The notes: generated by a model not told the origin, from the letters alone. Shown: positions 39,001 through 52,773, counted from the first letter of the stretch. The stretch: 64,000 nucleotides of DNA from Octopus vulgaris (GCA_951406725.2 OX597816.1:163866001-163930000); one strand, 5' to 3'. Program-made: numbers and translations.

Positions 39001-40390
39001 ACAGTCTCACATCCGTTCTATTTAAAATGAATTGCTTGTGGACATTGCATTTGTGCTTTCCGTTCAAATACCACCTAAGTCGACTTTGCCTTTTAACTTC
39101 TTGGAATCGATAAAAATAAATACCAGTTGGGCACTGGGCTCGATGTAATTGACTGATCCCACCCCCAAAATTGCTGGCCTTGTACCAAGATTAGAAATAA
39201 TTAATTATACTCGCGTATATCAAAATTATGAAGAACAGTTTTCCATACCGGTTTCAAGTTTTGGCACAAATCCAACAACTTTAAAGGGAGTATGTCAACC
39301 ATATAGATCCCAGTGTTCAGTTGGCACTTATTTTATCGACCCCGAAAAAATGAAATCAAATTTGACTCTGACAGCATATGAACTCAGAATTAAAAGCTGG
39401 AAGAAATGGCGTTATGCATATTTTCGGCGTGCTAACGATTCTGCCAGCGAGCTGCCTTAAACAATGTTGTTCATAGTGTCGAAGCATTAATATGAATTTC
39501 CAAAAGTGTTAAATCTTATTGAAAAAAAATTTTCTGGCGTACATGTAGCGCACAATAGAGAACCACGTGCTCAGTATTTTGTAAATTTCTTGACGGGCCC
39601 TTCATCTCTTTACATGCCGACGTTTCTCGTGCAAACATTAACCTGCAAATGTTCAGATTGTCAACTAGCCACACCAGCCTTACCAGTCGGGCAGTGTAGT
39701 CTGCGATCGTCATTAGCACTGCCCTATCTCTTCTGAGAAGCACTACCATTGCCCCACCACCACCACCACCAACCCCTCTGCCGAAGCAACAAGCAACATA
39801 ACCGCCATCACCATCACTGCCATCAACACCACTGCTAACAACACCACCATCACCACCACCATCACCACTACAACCACAGCCATCACCATCATGACCACAA
39901 TAAGCTAGATGACCATCGCTCCTATTAACACCATCACCACCGTTACGACCAAACCCCACAAACACCACCATCGGCGCCACCACATAGAGATTCCGTCTGC
40001 CCAATTTCATTCCAAAAATATGAGTCGAAAAGAAGCGATCGAAAAAAGTCATATGTCCCTAAAATACCCCGCAGTGAGATCGAAACCGAAGCCTTGCAGT
40101 TACGAGGAGAAACTCTAAACCATTCCGCCACACTGTGCCTACCCTATAACCACACTAACATCAATACTCTTCAACACCCGCACCATCGTCACCGCCCTGC
40201 ACCTATACCACCCACGTCCTTGCTACAAAGACCCGGATATATGCTTACTTCCTCAACAGCACGAAATCTGCAATTATCGTTAAGGCATGTTTTGCAGAAA
40301 TGTGTGCGTATGTGTGTGTGCGCGATTGTATTTATATATATGTATTCATATATACATTTATGTGTGTGTGTGTGTGTGTGTGCATATATA

Positions 40391-40426
<36 letters not shown>

Positions 40427-40671
40427 TGTATGTTTATATATATGTATGCATGTATGTATGTATGTAATATATATATATTTATGTATGTGCATGTGTGTAT
40501 GTATGCGTGTGTGTCGATGTATATATGTATGTATATGTGTATATACGTATGTATGCATGCTTATATGTACGCAATATGCATGTATCAATGTATATATGTA
40601 TGTACGTATATATACACGTAATATGTACCTATGTGTGTGTATTTATATATATATGTATTCATATATGCGTC

Positions 40672-40748
<77 letters not shown>

Positions 40749-40851
40749 GTATGTATGCATGTATGTACGCATGTAATATACTTACGAATGCAATATTTAT
40801 ACATTAATGTATATATGTATGTAGGTATGTATGCATGTAACATGTGTGTGT

Positions 40852-40905
<54 letters not shown>

Positions 40906-41118
40906 TAACTAGAGTAAACGCATACTCCCACTTTTACTCTGACTCCTACCTCACAAAACACGGCTATGTGCTCGTTGGATTCATTAAGGAAAAATTGTCT
41001 GTTTTTCTGTTGCTTCTTAAACAACTTCAAAGCGAAACGCAACCAACATCATGGTCTAAAATCCGTATGGTGCTAAAAAAAAAAGAGGCTCATTTTGTAT
41101 CTGTCTAACATGTGTGTG

Positions 41119-41680
41119 TAGGGTGCGGTGAATAAAATGTCATCGCAATTACACTAAATGAAAATAACACAGGCATCTCATTTTAACAAATATATTTACC
41201 AAAATTGCATAAAAATATCTTGAAATTCTAAAGGGTAAAATGGCGACTGGCTTCAACCACGGCCTCCAGATGTCTTCGAAATCCGCTGCAACTCTTCTGG
41301 ACGGTCTCCTTATTTAAGTTCGTGAATGCTGCCATACTCCTTGATTTCAGTTCAAAACAAGGAGTTTTGTTTGTCTCTCGTTCAACTGCGCCCCACATAT
41401 AATCAAAGGAGTTGCACTCTGGGGAGTTAGGTGGCCAAATGTTCGGGGTGATATGGTCACAGAAATTGTCTGACAGCCATGACTAGGCTCTCCTGCTTGT
41501 GTGGCGTGGTGCAGAGTCCTGTTGCCAGTCATAGGGTCTTCCAGCAGCCACCCTCTTGGCCCAGGGCAGTACTGCCTCCTCCAGGTACTTAATGTAGGCC
41601 TCTGTGCTAAGTCTGAGGCTATGCGGGAAGATCAATGGAGGCATAACGTCGCCATCACTAGTGATTACTCCAAACGCCCT
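41119..41680 (-). mobile_element. Tc1/mariner-superfamily transposase 3' fragment with probable terminal repeat
   Basis: FGVITSDGDVMPP..YIKYLEEAVLPW..WQQDSAPRHTSR..WLSDNF..WPPNSPECNSFDY.WGAVE; end ta|gggtgcggtgaataaa. Confidence 0.85.
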
Positions 41681-41789
41681 AACACACACACACGCACATA
41701 CACAGACACACACTGACACACACACATATATATTGTGTGTGTGTGTGTGTGTGTGCGTGTCTGTGTGTGTGTGTACCGAAGTAAGCACA

Positions 41790-41979
41790 TAAATGCGAAA
41801 CAAGGTGGAAAAATAGTACTCGAATACCAGAGCTAGAGTAATATGCTTTATTTAAGAGCAGCAGAAATATCACAAAAGCTGTCACTCAGAGTTTCACGTT
41901 CTAAACAAAACTGTCCGACGAACGGGAACGTGAAACTCTGAGTGACAGTTTCTGTGATCTTTTGCTGCTTTTTAATAAA

Positions 41980-41980
<1 letters not shown>
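41790..41980. repeat. fold-back pLTR-like element P3 with hammerhead-like motif at 41909-41950 (+)
   Basis: Arms 41846-41901 and 41926-41980; aacugu-CCGACGA-ACG-ggaa-CGU-GAAA-cucuga-GUG/acaguu; same family as 53884-54137. Confidence 0.8.
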
Positions 41981-42039
<59 letters not shown>

Positions 42040-42440
42040 AAAAAACACAATTTTCCTATGTTACTTCATAACTTTTGAGAAAAAACCACCGTTCGTCAAA
42101 TTATACAAATTTCACATTGGATATTATTGAAGAGCAGAAGAGTTATCTATAAATGCTTAACAATATAGAATTCCATTATTCTATATTAGCTAAGGCTATG
42201 AACTATATTTGGAATACAGGACAATATAATGGATTTTACACATAACTATTATGGATTATTACAGAAAACTAACCAAGGAAGTATATATGGATTAAAAGAC
42301 TCTCATACTAAAGTGTACTTACCAACATCAAAAGCAGTAATTTTAAATTTATATTTGAAACAAACGCCATTTTATATATTTCTTCATATCTAAAAAATAA
42401 AAAACTACCATTTGATATATTATACAAAATTCAAATTTTA

Positions 42441-42532
42441 TATCTCTGAAGAGCAGAAGAGTTGTGTGTAAATGCTTATCAACATAGGATTTCATTAAAG
42501 GGATAACTCTTCTGCGAAACGATCGTAAGATA
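42441..42532 (+). ncRNA. canonical type I hammerhead ribozyme
   Basis: UAUCU-CUGAAGA-GCAGAAGAGUUG..UAACUCUUCUGC-GAAA-C-GAUC-GUA/AGAUA: 5-bp helix I, 12-bp helix II, palindromic ACGAUCGU helix III; predicted cut after 42527. Confidence 0.85.
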
Positions 42533-42707
42533 CTTTAAATAATTAATTCGAAACTTTTAAACTGTCATATGCATTATATATTTATACTTATACATTTTTA
42601 CATATATTTATATATATTTATATTTTTAATACAACAATTATTTTACATACGTATATATCTTTCTGAAGAATTTTCTAATATTGATTTCCTGATATTAATA
42701 ATAATAA

Positions 42708-42843
<136 letters not shown>

Positions 42844-42884
42844 ATATGTGTGTGTGTGTGTGTATAATAGCACTATGACCCGGC

Positions 42885-42946
<62 letters not shown>

Positions 42947-43229
42947 TAATAATAAAAGGGTAAAATTAATTAATTAATCAATCAATTAATTAATAATTTT
43001 ACCAAGTAGATCTGTACGTTATAATAAACTTTATAGGTAAAATTATACAAATATTCTATAATTATAAACATAATTATAATTAGGGGTCAAGTAATTGCTT
43101 CACCACATACCGAATTTAGAAATAGGAGTTAAAAATTCCTTTTCTACTACCGTAAGAATCTCCCAGACAGTATCACACTTTTTTACGTAGGCAAAGAGAA
43201 AAATAATGAATCCACACGACTCCGATTAC

Positions 43230-43289
43230 CTACAGACGCGTTTCGAGATTAAAGTATTTAATTTACTTACTTTCCCGTCATCAGTGTAG
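43230..43289 (-). ncRNA. canonical type I minimal hammerhead ribozyme
   Basis: CUACA-CUGAUGA-c-GGGA..UCUC-GAAA-CGC-GUC/UGUAG; palindromic ACGCGU; predicted cut between 43235 and 43234. Confidence 0.85.
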
Positions 43290-43517
43290 CATATCCATTA
43301 TAAAATTTGAAAGTGCTAGAGTTAAATACGTACAGGATCGATGACGGGAAGTAAGTAAATAAAATACTTTAATCTCGAAACGCGTCTGTAGGTAATCGGA
43401 GTCGTGTTGATTCGGTATTTTTCTCTTTTTGCCTACGTAAAAAACTGTGATACTGTCTGGGAGGTTTTTACGGTAGTAGAAAAGGAATTTTTAAACTCCT
43501 ATTTCTAAATTCGGTAT

Positions 43518-43735
43518 TACTCTTTACTCTCTTTTACTTGTTCCAATCAAGTACTGCGGCCATGCTGGAGCACCACCTTTAATCGAGCAACTCGACCCCG
43601 GGACTTATTCTTTTGTAAGCCCAGTACTTGTTCTATCGGTCTCTTTTGCCGAACCGCTAAGTTACGGGGACATATACACACCAGCATCGGTTGTCAAGCA
43701 ATGCTAGGGGGACAAACACAGACACACAAACATAT

Positions 43736-43809
<74 letters not shown>

Positions 43810-43972
43810 GACGGGTGTCTTTTCAGTTTCCGTCTACCAAATCCACTCACAAAGCTTTGGTCGGCCCGAGGCTATAGTAGAAGACACTTGCCCAAGGTAC
43901 CACGCAGTGGGACTGAACCCGGAACCATGTGGTTGGTAAACAAGCTACTTACCAAACAGCCACTCCTGCGCC
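43518..43972 (-). mobile_element. SINE family A inserted in the fold-back arm
   Basis: Full copy. Confidence 0.9.
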
Positions 43973-44765
43973 TATGTGAAGCAATTAGCTGACCCCTAAT
44001 TATAATTATCACACATTCGTTCCAAGCACTGCTGTAAACAGCGAATATGAACTAGAACGTTAAAACTTAGTGCGCATGCACAACAGAGTTCAAGGTCAAT
44101 CTGTGCCAAGCGGTTTTACTCTGAGTGCTTTAGCTTCGATACCATAGGAACAGTCCGGATACTTATTGATCAGACCACATATATTCCTCCTTCGACAGGA
44201 CTTAGGTCCGTTGCAGGATTATTTATATAGAGTTGAGTGGAATTGAGCAATGAAGTGAAATGAAGTGCCTTGCTCGAGAACACAACACCCGACCCAGGAA
44301 TCGAAACCACAATCTTAAGATCATGAGTCCAGCACCCTAACTACTGAGCCATATACCCTACTTCTACAATATACCCGGCTGAAATTGGAGTGCGTCTAAT
44401 ATACAAGCGCGTCTTTTACGCCATCAATTACGGCAAATAAAGAAGCAGCATAAACGTGGAATTGGTAAATTAGAGAGAAAACCAAAAGTGGTGCTAAAAG
44501 AACGAAGCATAATTCGTGAGTAAACCTTTTACACTGAACAGTCTAGCAGAGAATAATGAAGAATGGTTTCCTTGTGACACTCAGAAGACGAATAATGAAA
44601 AAAAGCCCTCTTGTTTCGAATTGTTTCCAACTTTCTCCACAGTTCTGCCAATAATGTCAGAGGGTAAATATCGATTAGTCGTCAATATCGGTTATCGTAT
44701 TATATGATAAATGGTTGGAACTGTTCGCTGTTCGTTGCAGGAATCATCGCAGCAATGATTGAATA

Positions 44766-44767
<2 letters not shown>

Positions 44768-44829
<62 letters not shown>

Positions 44830-45237
44830 GGAATGTATGTGCATGTGTATGTGAGTGTGTATGCGTGTAAGAGAGTGTTAGTGTGTGTGTTCGTGTGTGT
44901 GTGTTAGTGTATGAGTTTGCCTCTGTGTGTGTGTGTGTGAGTGTGTGAGCTAGTGAGAGTATGTGTGTGTGTATGTGAATGTATGTGAATGCGTGCGCGT
45001 GTGTATGTGTGCACGTGTGTGAGTGTATATGTGTTTGTGTGTGTTTGTTAATGTGTGTGAGTTTGCGTGTGTGTATGTGTGTGTGAGTGTGTGAGCTAGT
45101 GAGAATATGTGTGTGCATGTATGTGAATGTGTGCGCGTGTGTATACGTGTACGTGTGTGAGTGAGTGTATATGTGTGAAATGGTGTTAGTACGTGTGTGA
45201 GTGTATGTGTGTTTGTGTTTGTTATGCGTGTGTGTGC

Positions 45238-45303
<66 letters not shown>

Positions 45304-45320
45304 ATTAGTGCGTGTGTGTA
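44768..45320. repeat. degenerate (TG)n tract
   Basis: Visible. Confidence 0.9.
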
Positions 45321-45545
45321 TTTTCCGTTCAGAGAATGTCAGACAACGTTGGGAGTTGAGGTGAGCAAATTTATCGCTATGAAGAATTTCTGCGACAGTA
45401 AGTCATGAAAACGAATTGAGTTGATTGGATAAAATATTTTATTGATAGAACAACGGTTGGAATATTATGGCTTCGACTACCATAGTTAGAATTGGAAATT
45501 ACGAAGAGTATACTTCAAGAACTGTGATTGGTTATCTTTTACACA

Positions 45546-45577
<32 letters not shown>

Positions 45578-45586
45578 GATATATAT

Positions 45587-45982
45587 ACTCTTTTACTTGT
45601 TTCAGTCATTTGACTGCGGCCATGCTGGAGCACCGCCTTTAGTCGAGCAAATCGACCCCAGGACTTATTCTTTTTGTAAGCCCAGTACTTATTCTATCGG
45701 TCTCTTTTTGCCGAACCGCTAAGTGACGGGGACGTAAACACACCAGCATCGGTTGTCAAGCAATGCTAGGGGGACAAACACAGACACACAAACACACACA
45801 TACATATATATATACACATATATACGACAGGCTTCTTTCAGTTTCCCTCTACCAAATCCACTCACAAGGCATTGGTCGGTCCGGGGCTATAGCAGAAGAC
45901 ACTTGCCCAAGATTCCACGCAGTGGGGCTGAACCCGGAACCATGTGGTTGGTTAGCAAGCTACTTACCACACAGCCACTCCT
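45587..45982 (-). mobile_element. SINE family A
   Basis: Full copy. Confidence 0.9.
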
Positions 45983-46261
45983 GATATATATATATATATA
46001 TATATAGTGTCTTTTACTTGTTTCAATTATTAGACTGCGGTCATGCTGGGGCACCGCCTTGAAGAATTTTCATTTGAATGAATCGACCCCAGAACAGAGG
46101 AGAATAGGAAGCGCAATAGATCATCCATCCATCTCAAGCAAGTGACAAAAAAGGGCAATGCTTAAAAGTATCTTTTTCACCAATTCTGACATCAAATTCC
46201 ATAACATCTGTGAAATCATTTTTTACTCGAGGCGCAAGCCCCGAATGTTTGGTGGGTGGGG

Positions 46262-46615
46262 GAAGTCGATAAAATCGACCCCAGTACGCAACTGGTACTT
46301 ATTTTATCGACCACGAAAGGATGAAAGGTAAAGTCGACCTCGGCGGAATTTGAACTCAGAACGTAACAGCAGACGAAATACTGCTAAGCATTTCGCCCGG
46401 CGTGCTAACGTTTCTTATTTCTTTATTGCCCATAAGGGGCTAAACATAGAGGGGAAAAACAAGGACAGACAAAGGGATTAAGTCGATTACATTGACCTCA
46501 GTGCGTAACTGGTACTTATTTTATCGATCCCGAAAGGATGAAAGGTAAAGTCGACCTCGGCGGAATTTGAACTCAGAACATAACAGCAGACGAAATACCG
46601 AAAAGCATTTCGCCC
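46262..46615 (-). mobile_element. SINE family D head-to-tail dimer
   Basis: Two units joined at aaagaaataa|gaaacgttagc. Confidence 0.85.
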
Positions 46616-46658
46616 GCTAAGTTACGGGGGCGTAAACATAGGTGGGGTGACAAGCACA

Positions 46659-46751
<93 letters not shown>

Positions 46752-46913
46752 GACTGGCCTCTTTCAGTTTCCGTCTACCAAATCCACTCACATGGCTTTG
46801 GTCAGCCCGAGGCTATAGTAGAAGACACTTGCCCAAGGTACCATACAGCGGTACTGAACCCAGAGCCATGTAGTTAGTAAGCAAGCTACTTACCACACAG
46901 CCACTCCTACGCC
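46615..46913 (-). mobile_element. SINE family A, 5' two-thirds
   Basis: Head at 46913; internal (CA)n. Confidence 0.8.
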
Positions 46914-47554
46914 TTGTTACTTTTCTTTCCATTTCTTTTTCATTTGTCTTCGTCTCTCCTCCCCCCTTCTTTCTGTCCTATTTTTCTCACCATTTATTTA
47001 TTTATTTATTTCCTTCTTTCTTTCTTGCTTTCATTCAATGTTTCCCTCCTTCATTTTTCCCCTTCTCTTTTTCATTGCAATTCATTCATCACGTTCGAAT
47101 TTCAGTTTACAAAAGAAGAAAAAGCCATACAAAATAAAAGCAAAACCGGCAGATTGCGATCTGGAACGGAAAATTCTCGAAGATGTTACATTCTTTGACT
47201 TTTAATTAGTTGACAAACTTTCTACAAGAAACCATTCCAGCATTGTAGTGAGTTTTACCAATCATTCTAATTACTTTCTCATTAATAATGATCTTGTTTA
47301 ATTAAAAGATACCTTTTGACAATCTTCATAAAATTATTTCGTCGCAAAATTTAATAAATCACCGATTTAAACTTTAGCTCGTCTGTTAGATGATAGAATT
47401 TCTTTGCATTCACTTGACTTGCTAAAAACAGTAGCCAAGCCTTCAGTCCTCACGTTAAACATTTCTTCTTCAAATCCTAAAACTTATAGAGCCGGTTATA
47501 CAGTTTCCATTGCGTATGATTGACATCGCAACATTTCCCCTGGACGGGACGCAT

Positions 47555-47988
47555 GACCTTGCAGGTGGGGCCCAGCTAGAGTTTTCTTCTGGTCGAGTAG
47601 CCCATCCCGCCCGAAAGGTCCCTGAATAAGGATTGTTTAAGGATGTTGAACGAACCACCCATGTTTCCAAAGGTGAATTATCCAAACCCCAAAGAATTCT
47701 TCTCAACACGTGGCTATGATGCTCCCCCACTACTTCTGCTCGTGATCAGAGATGCACATATCGTCAGCCACTAAGGGACATGGTCAGCTGGTTAAGGTCA
47801 AACAACTGACAAGTAAATCTGTGGTATTGAGCAGAATATTTGCTGTAGCCCATCTTTTATACCAAGACAAAACAATGTACATGATAACACTTCCAATCAG
47901 TTAAGAACAGAAGCCACGAAAGCCACAGCCTGGTACTGCATCAGGGCATTTATTATTATTGTTATTAATATTATTATTCTTATTATTC

Positions 47989-48068
<80 letters not shown>

Positions 48069-48315
48069 GAGTGAGAGAGCAGTGCATGCCATCAAAGTGA
48101 CACTGGGGTAAAATATACGAAACCCAATATACCCATCATGACTACCCGTCTGATCAGGGTACACTAGGCACATGCATCACAACCATATGTGCGCGACATG
48201 GTGATCTCATATCAGGATAAACTGCACATGACCTTGCAGGTGGGGCCCAGTTAGAATTTTCTTCAGGTTGAGTAGCCCATCCCGCTCAAACGGTCCCTGA
48301 ATAAGGGTTGTTTAA
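47555..48315 (-). mobile_element. two partial copies of the 6661-7193 repeat, separated by (TAA)n
   Basis: 3' portion 48315-48068, then (AAT)n 47950-48067, then 5' portion 47950-47555. Confidence 0.8.
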
Positions 48316-48459
48316 TTATTATTATTATTATTATTGTTATTAATATTATTATTATTATTATTATTGCAGCGAGCTGGCAGAATTGTTTAATTAACAAATA
48401 TTCTTTTTACTTTTGGTAAATTTCCAAAACGAATGGCGATCGAGCAGAATGTGTGAACC

Positions 48460-48930
48460 AACCGGAAATTTCTATGTTGGCCATTGCTGACCCGGTGCTA
48501 GCAAAAAAAAAACCCATTCTCAATGGCTGAAAAACATCTCAAAGCAGATCTGACCAGGAAGTCAATATAGCTTCAGGCCATGGAGATCAACCACCGTGAC
48601 AGCTACAGGAGAAAGCAGTGGAGCAACACTTTCCCCTCTTCGTGATGTTTGTGGACTTTTCTAAGGTATCTGACGCGATGGACCGAGAAACATTATGGGA
48701 AATCCTGGAAACTTATAGATGCCTTGAGAAACTTGCTAACATCATCAAGCAATTCCACTCAGGAATGAGAGGGATGGTCTCAGTTGGCGGAGTATTTTTG
48801 GTGAAGTGTTTGGAGTAAATCATAGTGTGAAGCAGGGGTCTGTGTTTTCCCCTAGCTCCACTCTTCTCTCTTTACCTCACAGCTGTGCTTGGCATCATGA
48901 GGGTTAACCTGCACAAGAGGATTTCATCCG
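48460..48930 (+). pseudogene. RTE-clade LINE reverse transcriptase fragment
   Basis: FRPWRST..QLQEKAVEQHFPLFVMFVDFSKVSDAMDRETLWEIL..IIKQFHSGMRG..GVNHSVKQG, frameshifted. Confidence 0.85.
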
Positions 48931-49058
48931 CAGCAAAACTAAAAGCGTTTGCGCTTCGAATTTTCGTTAATCACTGCTTTTTCGAGCTATATGGGGTATT
49001 AGAAATAGCAAATAAATAACTGTTTTGCTTGAATGTTAAATTATACTGCAGAATACGT

Positions 49059-49472
49059 TACTCTTTTACTCTTTTACTTGTTTAAGGCATTTGACTGTGG
49101 CCATGCTGGAGCACCACCTTTAGTCGATTGAGCAAATCGACCCCAGGACTTATTCTTTGTAAGCCTAGTACTTATTCTATCGCTCTCTTTTGCCGAACCG
49201 CTAAGTTACGGGGACGTAAACACACCGGCATCGGTTGTCAAGCGATGTTGGGGGGACAAGCACAGACACACAAACATATACACACACACTTACATATATA
49301 CATATATACGACGGGCTTCTTTCATTTTACGTCTACCAAATCCACTCACAAGGCTTTGGTCGACCCGAGGCTATAATAGAAGACACTCGCCCAAGGTGCC
49401 ATGCAGTGGGACTGAACCCGGAACCATGTAGTTCGTAAGCAAGCTACTTACCACACAGCCACTCCTACGCCT
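49059..49472 (-). mobile_element. SINE family A
   Basis: Full copy. Confidence 0.9.
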
Positions 49473-49689
49473 ATGATATTTTCAATGGACATTGTATGAA
49501 AATTCCTTAACATTTTATATATTTTCGCAATACCAGTTTCAGTCCCGTCTTGGGATTTCATCATTGACTGTAGATCTGCTTTCAATGTGAATGAATAAAT
49601 GAATAGTCTACTTATACATCCACAATTACAAACGGTTAAAGAAACGGATAGACCAACTTGCATATATAACGTGGATGAAAGGTAGAGAA

Positions 49690-49865
49690 GCAGGAGTGGT
49701 TGTGTGGTAAGTAGCTTGCTAACCAACCACATGGTTCCGGGTTCAGTCCCACTGCGTGACATCTTGGGCAAGTGTCTTCTGCTATAGTTCCGGGCCGACT
49801 AATGCCTTGTGAGTGGATTTGGTAGACGGAAACTGAAAGAAGCCTGTCGTATATATGTATATCTA

Positions 49866-49918
<53 letters not shown>

Positions 49919-50115
49919 TTGTCCCTCTAGCATTGCTTGACAACCGATGCTGGTGTATTTACGTCCCCGTCACTTAGCGGTTCGGCAAAAAGAGACCGAT
50001 AGAATAAGTACTGGGCTTTCAGAAAGAATAAGTCCCGGGGTCGAGTTGCTCGACTAAAGGCGGTGCTCCAGCATGGCCGCAGTCAAATGACTGAAACAAG
50101 TATAAAGAGTAAAAG
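49690..50115 (+). mobile_element. SINE family A
   Basis: Full copy. Confidence 0.9.
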
Positions 50116-50639
50116 AGAGAGAGAGTAAGCTGAATAATAATAAACAGAAAGTGGCCGAAATTTATTGTGGTTAGAGACTGGGGATGAAAAGGAGGAGAGA
50201 GAAAAAATATAAGAAGGGGAGAGACGAAATATAAAACCACGGTGTGTGTTTTCGAAAGTGTGGTGAAGCGATAGAGTATGAAAGGCGAGATGCATACGGC
50301 TCGGTCTTTTTTTTTTATGAAACAATTAACCGGTTATAGCCGTGGTCGTGGGGGAATTAAAAGGAGTTGAGAAAAGAGGTAATTAAGAACTATTTTAATT
50401 AAAGGATCATAGAATATTATTTTAAGATTAAAAATACGGGGTTTAGTTGTATTAGGGATAAATGACTCATTAGGAGTGTTTCAAAATGCCTGAAGTGGTA
50501 ATAAAAGTAGAAAAGCTGCCTCATTTTATTGAGAAATTTGTTATTTGTATTGTAAAGCGGTTTGGTTTAAATTAGAATAAGGTGAAAGTGACACAGCAGC
50601 GGTTAAGGTGAGCAAAGGAAGTTTCTATTATTATTGGTT

Positions 50640-51062
50640 TCAAAGTTTGGCACAAGGCCAGCAAGTTCTGGGGAATGGGTAATCGATTACATCAACGGCA
50701 ATGCTTGACTGGTTCTTATTTTATCGACTCAAAAAAAGAACGCAAGACAAAAACGACCTCGGCGGAATTTGAACTCAGAATGTAAAGAGCATTTTTCCCG
50801 GCGTGCTACCGTTTCTGCCAGCTCGCAGCCTCAAAGTTTGTAATAACATAAGTTTCGAATTTTAGCACGAGTCTAGCAATTTCAGGGAAGGGAATAAGTC
50901 GATGGCATCACCCCCATTGACCAACTAGTATTTATTTTATCGACCCCGAGAGAACGAAAGGTAAAGTCGACCTCGGCGGAATTTGAACTCAGAACATAAA
51001 GGCAGAAAAAATGCCACCGAGCATCTTGGCCGGCGTGCTAACGTCTCTGCCAGCTCGCCGTC
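50640..51062 (-). mobile_element. two diverged SINE D-related copies
   Basis: gacctcggcggaatttgaactcagaa..ctgccagctcgc occurs twice. Confidence 0.75.
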
Positions 51063-51094
51063 TTACAAATATTCAAATATTAATAAAAACGTTA

Positions 51095-51790
51095 AGGCGG
51101 CGAGCTGGCAGAAACGTTAGCACGCCGGGCGAAATGCGTAGCCGTATTCCGTCTGACGTTACGTTCTGTCCTTGTTTGTCTCCTCTGTCTGTCTGTCCTT
51201 GTTTGTCTCCTCTGTGTTTAGCCCCCTTGTAGGTAGTAAAGAAATAAGTATTTCGTCTGCCGTTACGTTCTGAGTTCAAATTCCGCTGAGGTCGACTTTG
51301 CCTTTCATCCTTTCGGGGTCGATAAATTAAGCACCAGTTACGCTCTGGGGTCGATATAATCGACTTAATCTGTCTGTCTGTCCTTGTTTGTCTCCTCTGT
51401 GTTTAGCCCCCTTGTAGGTAGTAAAGAAATAAGTATTTCGTCTGCCGTTACGTTCTGAGTTCAAATTCCGCTGAGGTCGACTTTGCCTTTCATCCTTTCA
51501 GGATCGATTAAATAAGTACCAGTTACGCACTGGGGTCGATATAATCGACTTAATCCGTTTGTCTGTCCTTGTTTGTCCTCTATGTGTTTAGCCCCGTGTG
51601 GGTAGTAAAGAAATAGGTATTTCGTCTGTCTTTACGTTCTGAGTTCAAATTCCGCCGACACGTTAACGCGACGGAAAAACTCCTTTAGCGGCATTTCTTC
51701 GCATTTTTTTGCGTTCTGAGTTCAAATCCCGCTGAGGTCAACCTTGGCGTTTATCCTTTCACAGCCGTTAAAATAAAGTACTCGTAATCG
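51095..51790 (+). mobile_element. SINE family D multimer (~184-bp internal units)
   Basis: Units restart at ~51249, 51433 and 51618 after the tail aaagaaata. Confidence 0.88.
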
Positions 51791-52369
51791 ATGACCTTGA
51801 ACCTCTACAGCGGAAGAGCATCCAGTTTGAACGCGAAATGCTTTTGAGCTTGATCATATATACGCCATTGAAACTGGCAGAGCCGGAGCGGACGCGCCTG
51901 GCCAAGTGGTTAGGATGTCAGACTCTTGATCGTTAGGACGTGGGTTCGATTTTTCAGTCCTGCAGACAATTTTTGTCTCCCATCAAGGAACTCCACGTTG
52001 CTCTAGCACACCCAGTTGTAAAACAGTAAAACTAACACCAGGGAGTTAACCCTGCGATGGACTTGCGTCCCGTTCAGGGGAAGATATCGTACTTTCAGCT
52101 TAAACACCGTGAAAATTCCAGCACCACGTATCTGTAAGCTCAAGGAAGAGGCAGGGCAGACACCATTTTATTTTCAAGGTGAAACAAGTTAAGAACCAGT
52201 AAAGTTACAGAAGTCACTCAGGAGATATACGACAAGGAGGGTCCGAACATGTATTAAAATTGATATAATTTTCTCATCAACATCATCCTCATCATCATCC
52301 ACATCATTTAACATCCATATTCTATGCTGCCAAGTTTTGGACGGTTCGACATGAGCTGATGATTAAGAG

Positions 52370-52713
52370 CAGAGGTTCTCAGACTTTTTGGGCCACCGCC
52401 CCCCACTCATGGCCACATAATACCCTCAGCGCCCCCATCCCTATTTTTATGTATAAAGAAATATTTCATATGTTACTAATTTATATATATACTATGAATC
52501 ATTTGATATTTAATATAATATTATATAATTTGTATACAATACTATAATATCATAATAAATTCATAGCGTCCCCCCAATCCACTGCCTTCATTACAACACC
52601 TCCTTTTTTCTATCGCCCCCCACCACCGCTGCCCCCTTAGGCACCGGAGCCCACCTGGACCGTCTTAACACCCACCGAGGGTGGGGCGGTAGCGCCCACT
52701 TTCAGAACCTATG
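52370..52713. mobile_element. hAT-like MITE; partial second copy at 55455-55561
   Basis: Imperfect TIRs cagaggttctcaga / tcagaacctatg; shared gggccaccgcccc..ggccacata..accctcagcgcccc; no clear TSD. Confidence 0.65.
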
Positions 52714-52714
52714 A

Positions 52715-52773
52715 GTTAGGCTCCAATGGTTTGCGTTAGGCTCCAATGGTCTGCGTTAGGCTCCAATGGTCTG
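52715..52773. repeat. 20-bp minisatellite x3
   Basis: gttaggctccaatggt(t/c)tgc. Confidence 0.9.

Larger units (their letters stand above)
43107..44009. repeat. fold-back pLTR-like element (arms 43107-43282 and 43340-43517, right arm resuming at ~43975-44009 after a SINE)
   Basis: Arm complementarity is visible; gtgaagcaattagctgacccctaattataatta mirrors 43071-43103. Confidence 0.88.

Noticed and set aside
51095-51660. Regularly spaced repeats resembling a CRISPR array
   Set aside because: Units are ~184-bp SINE segments with no unique spacers; eukaryotic context and no cas genes
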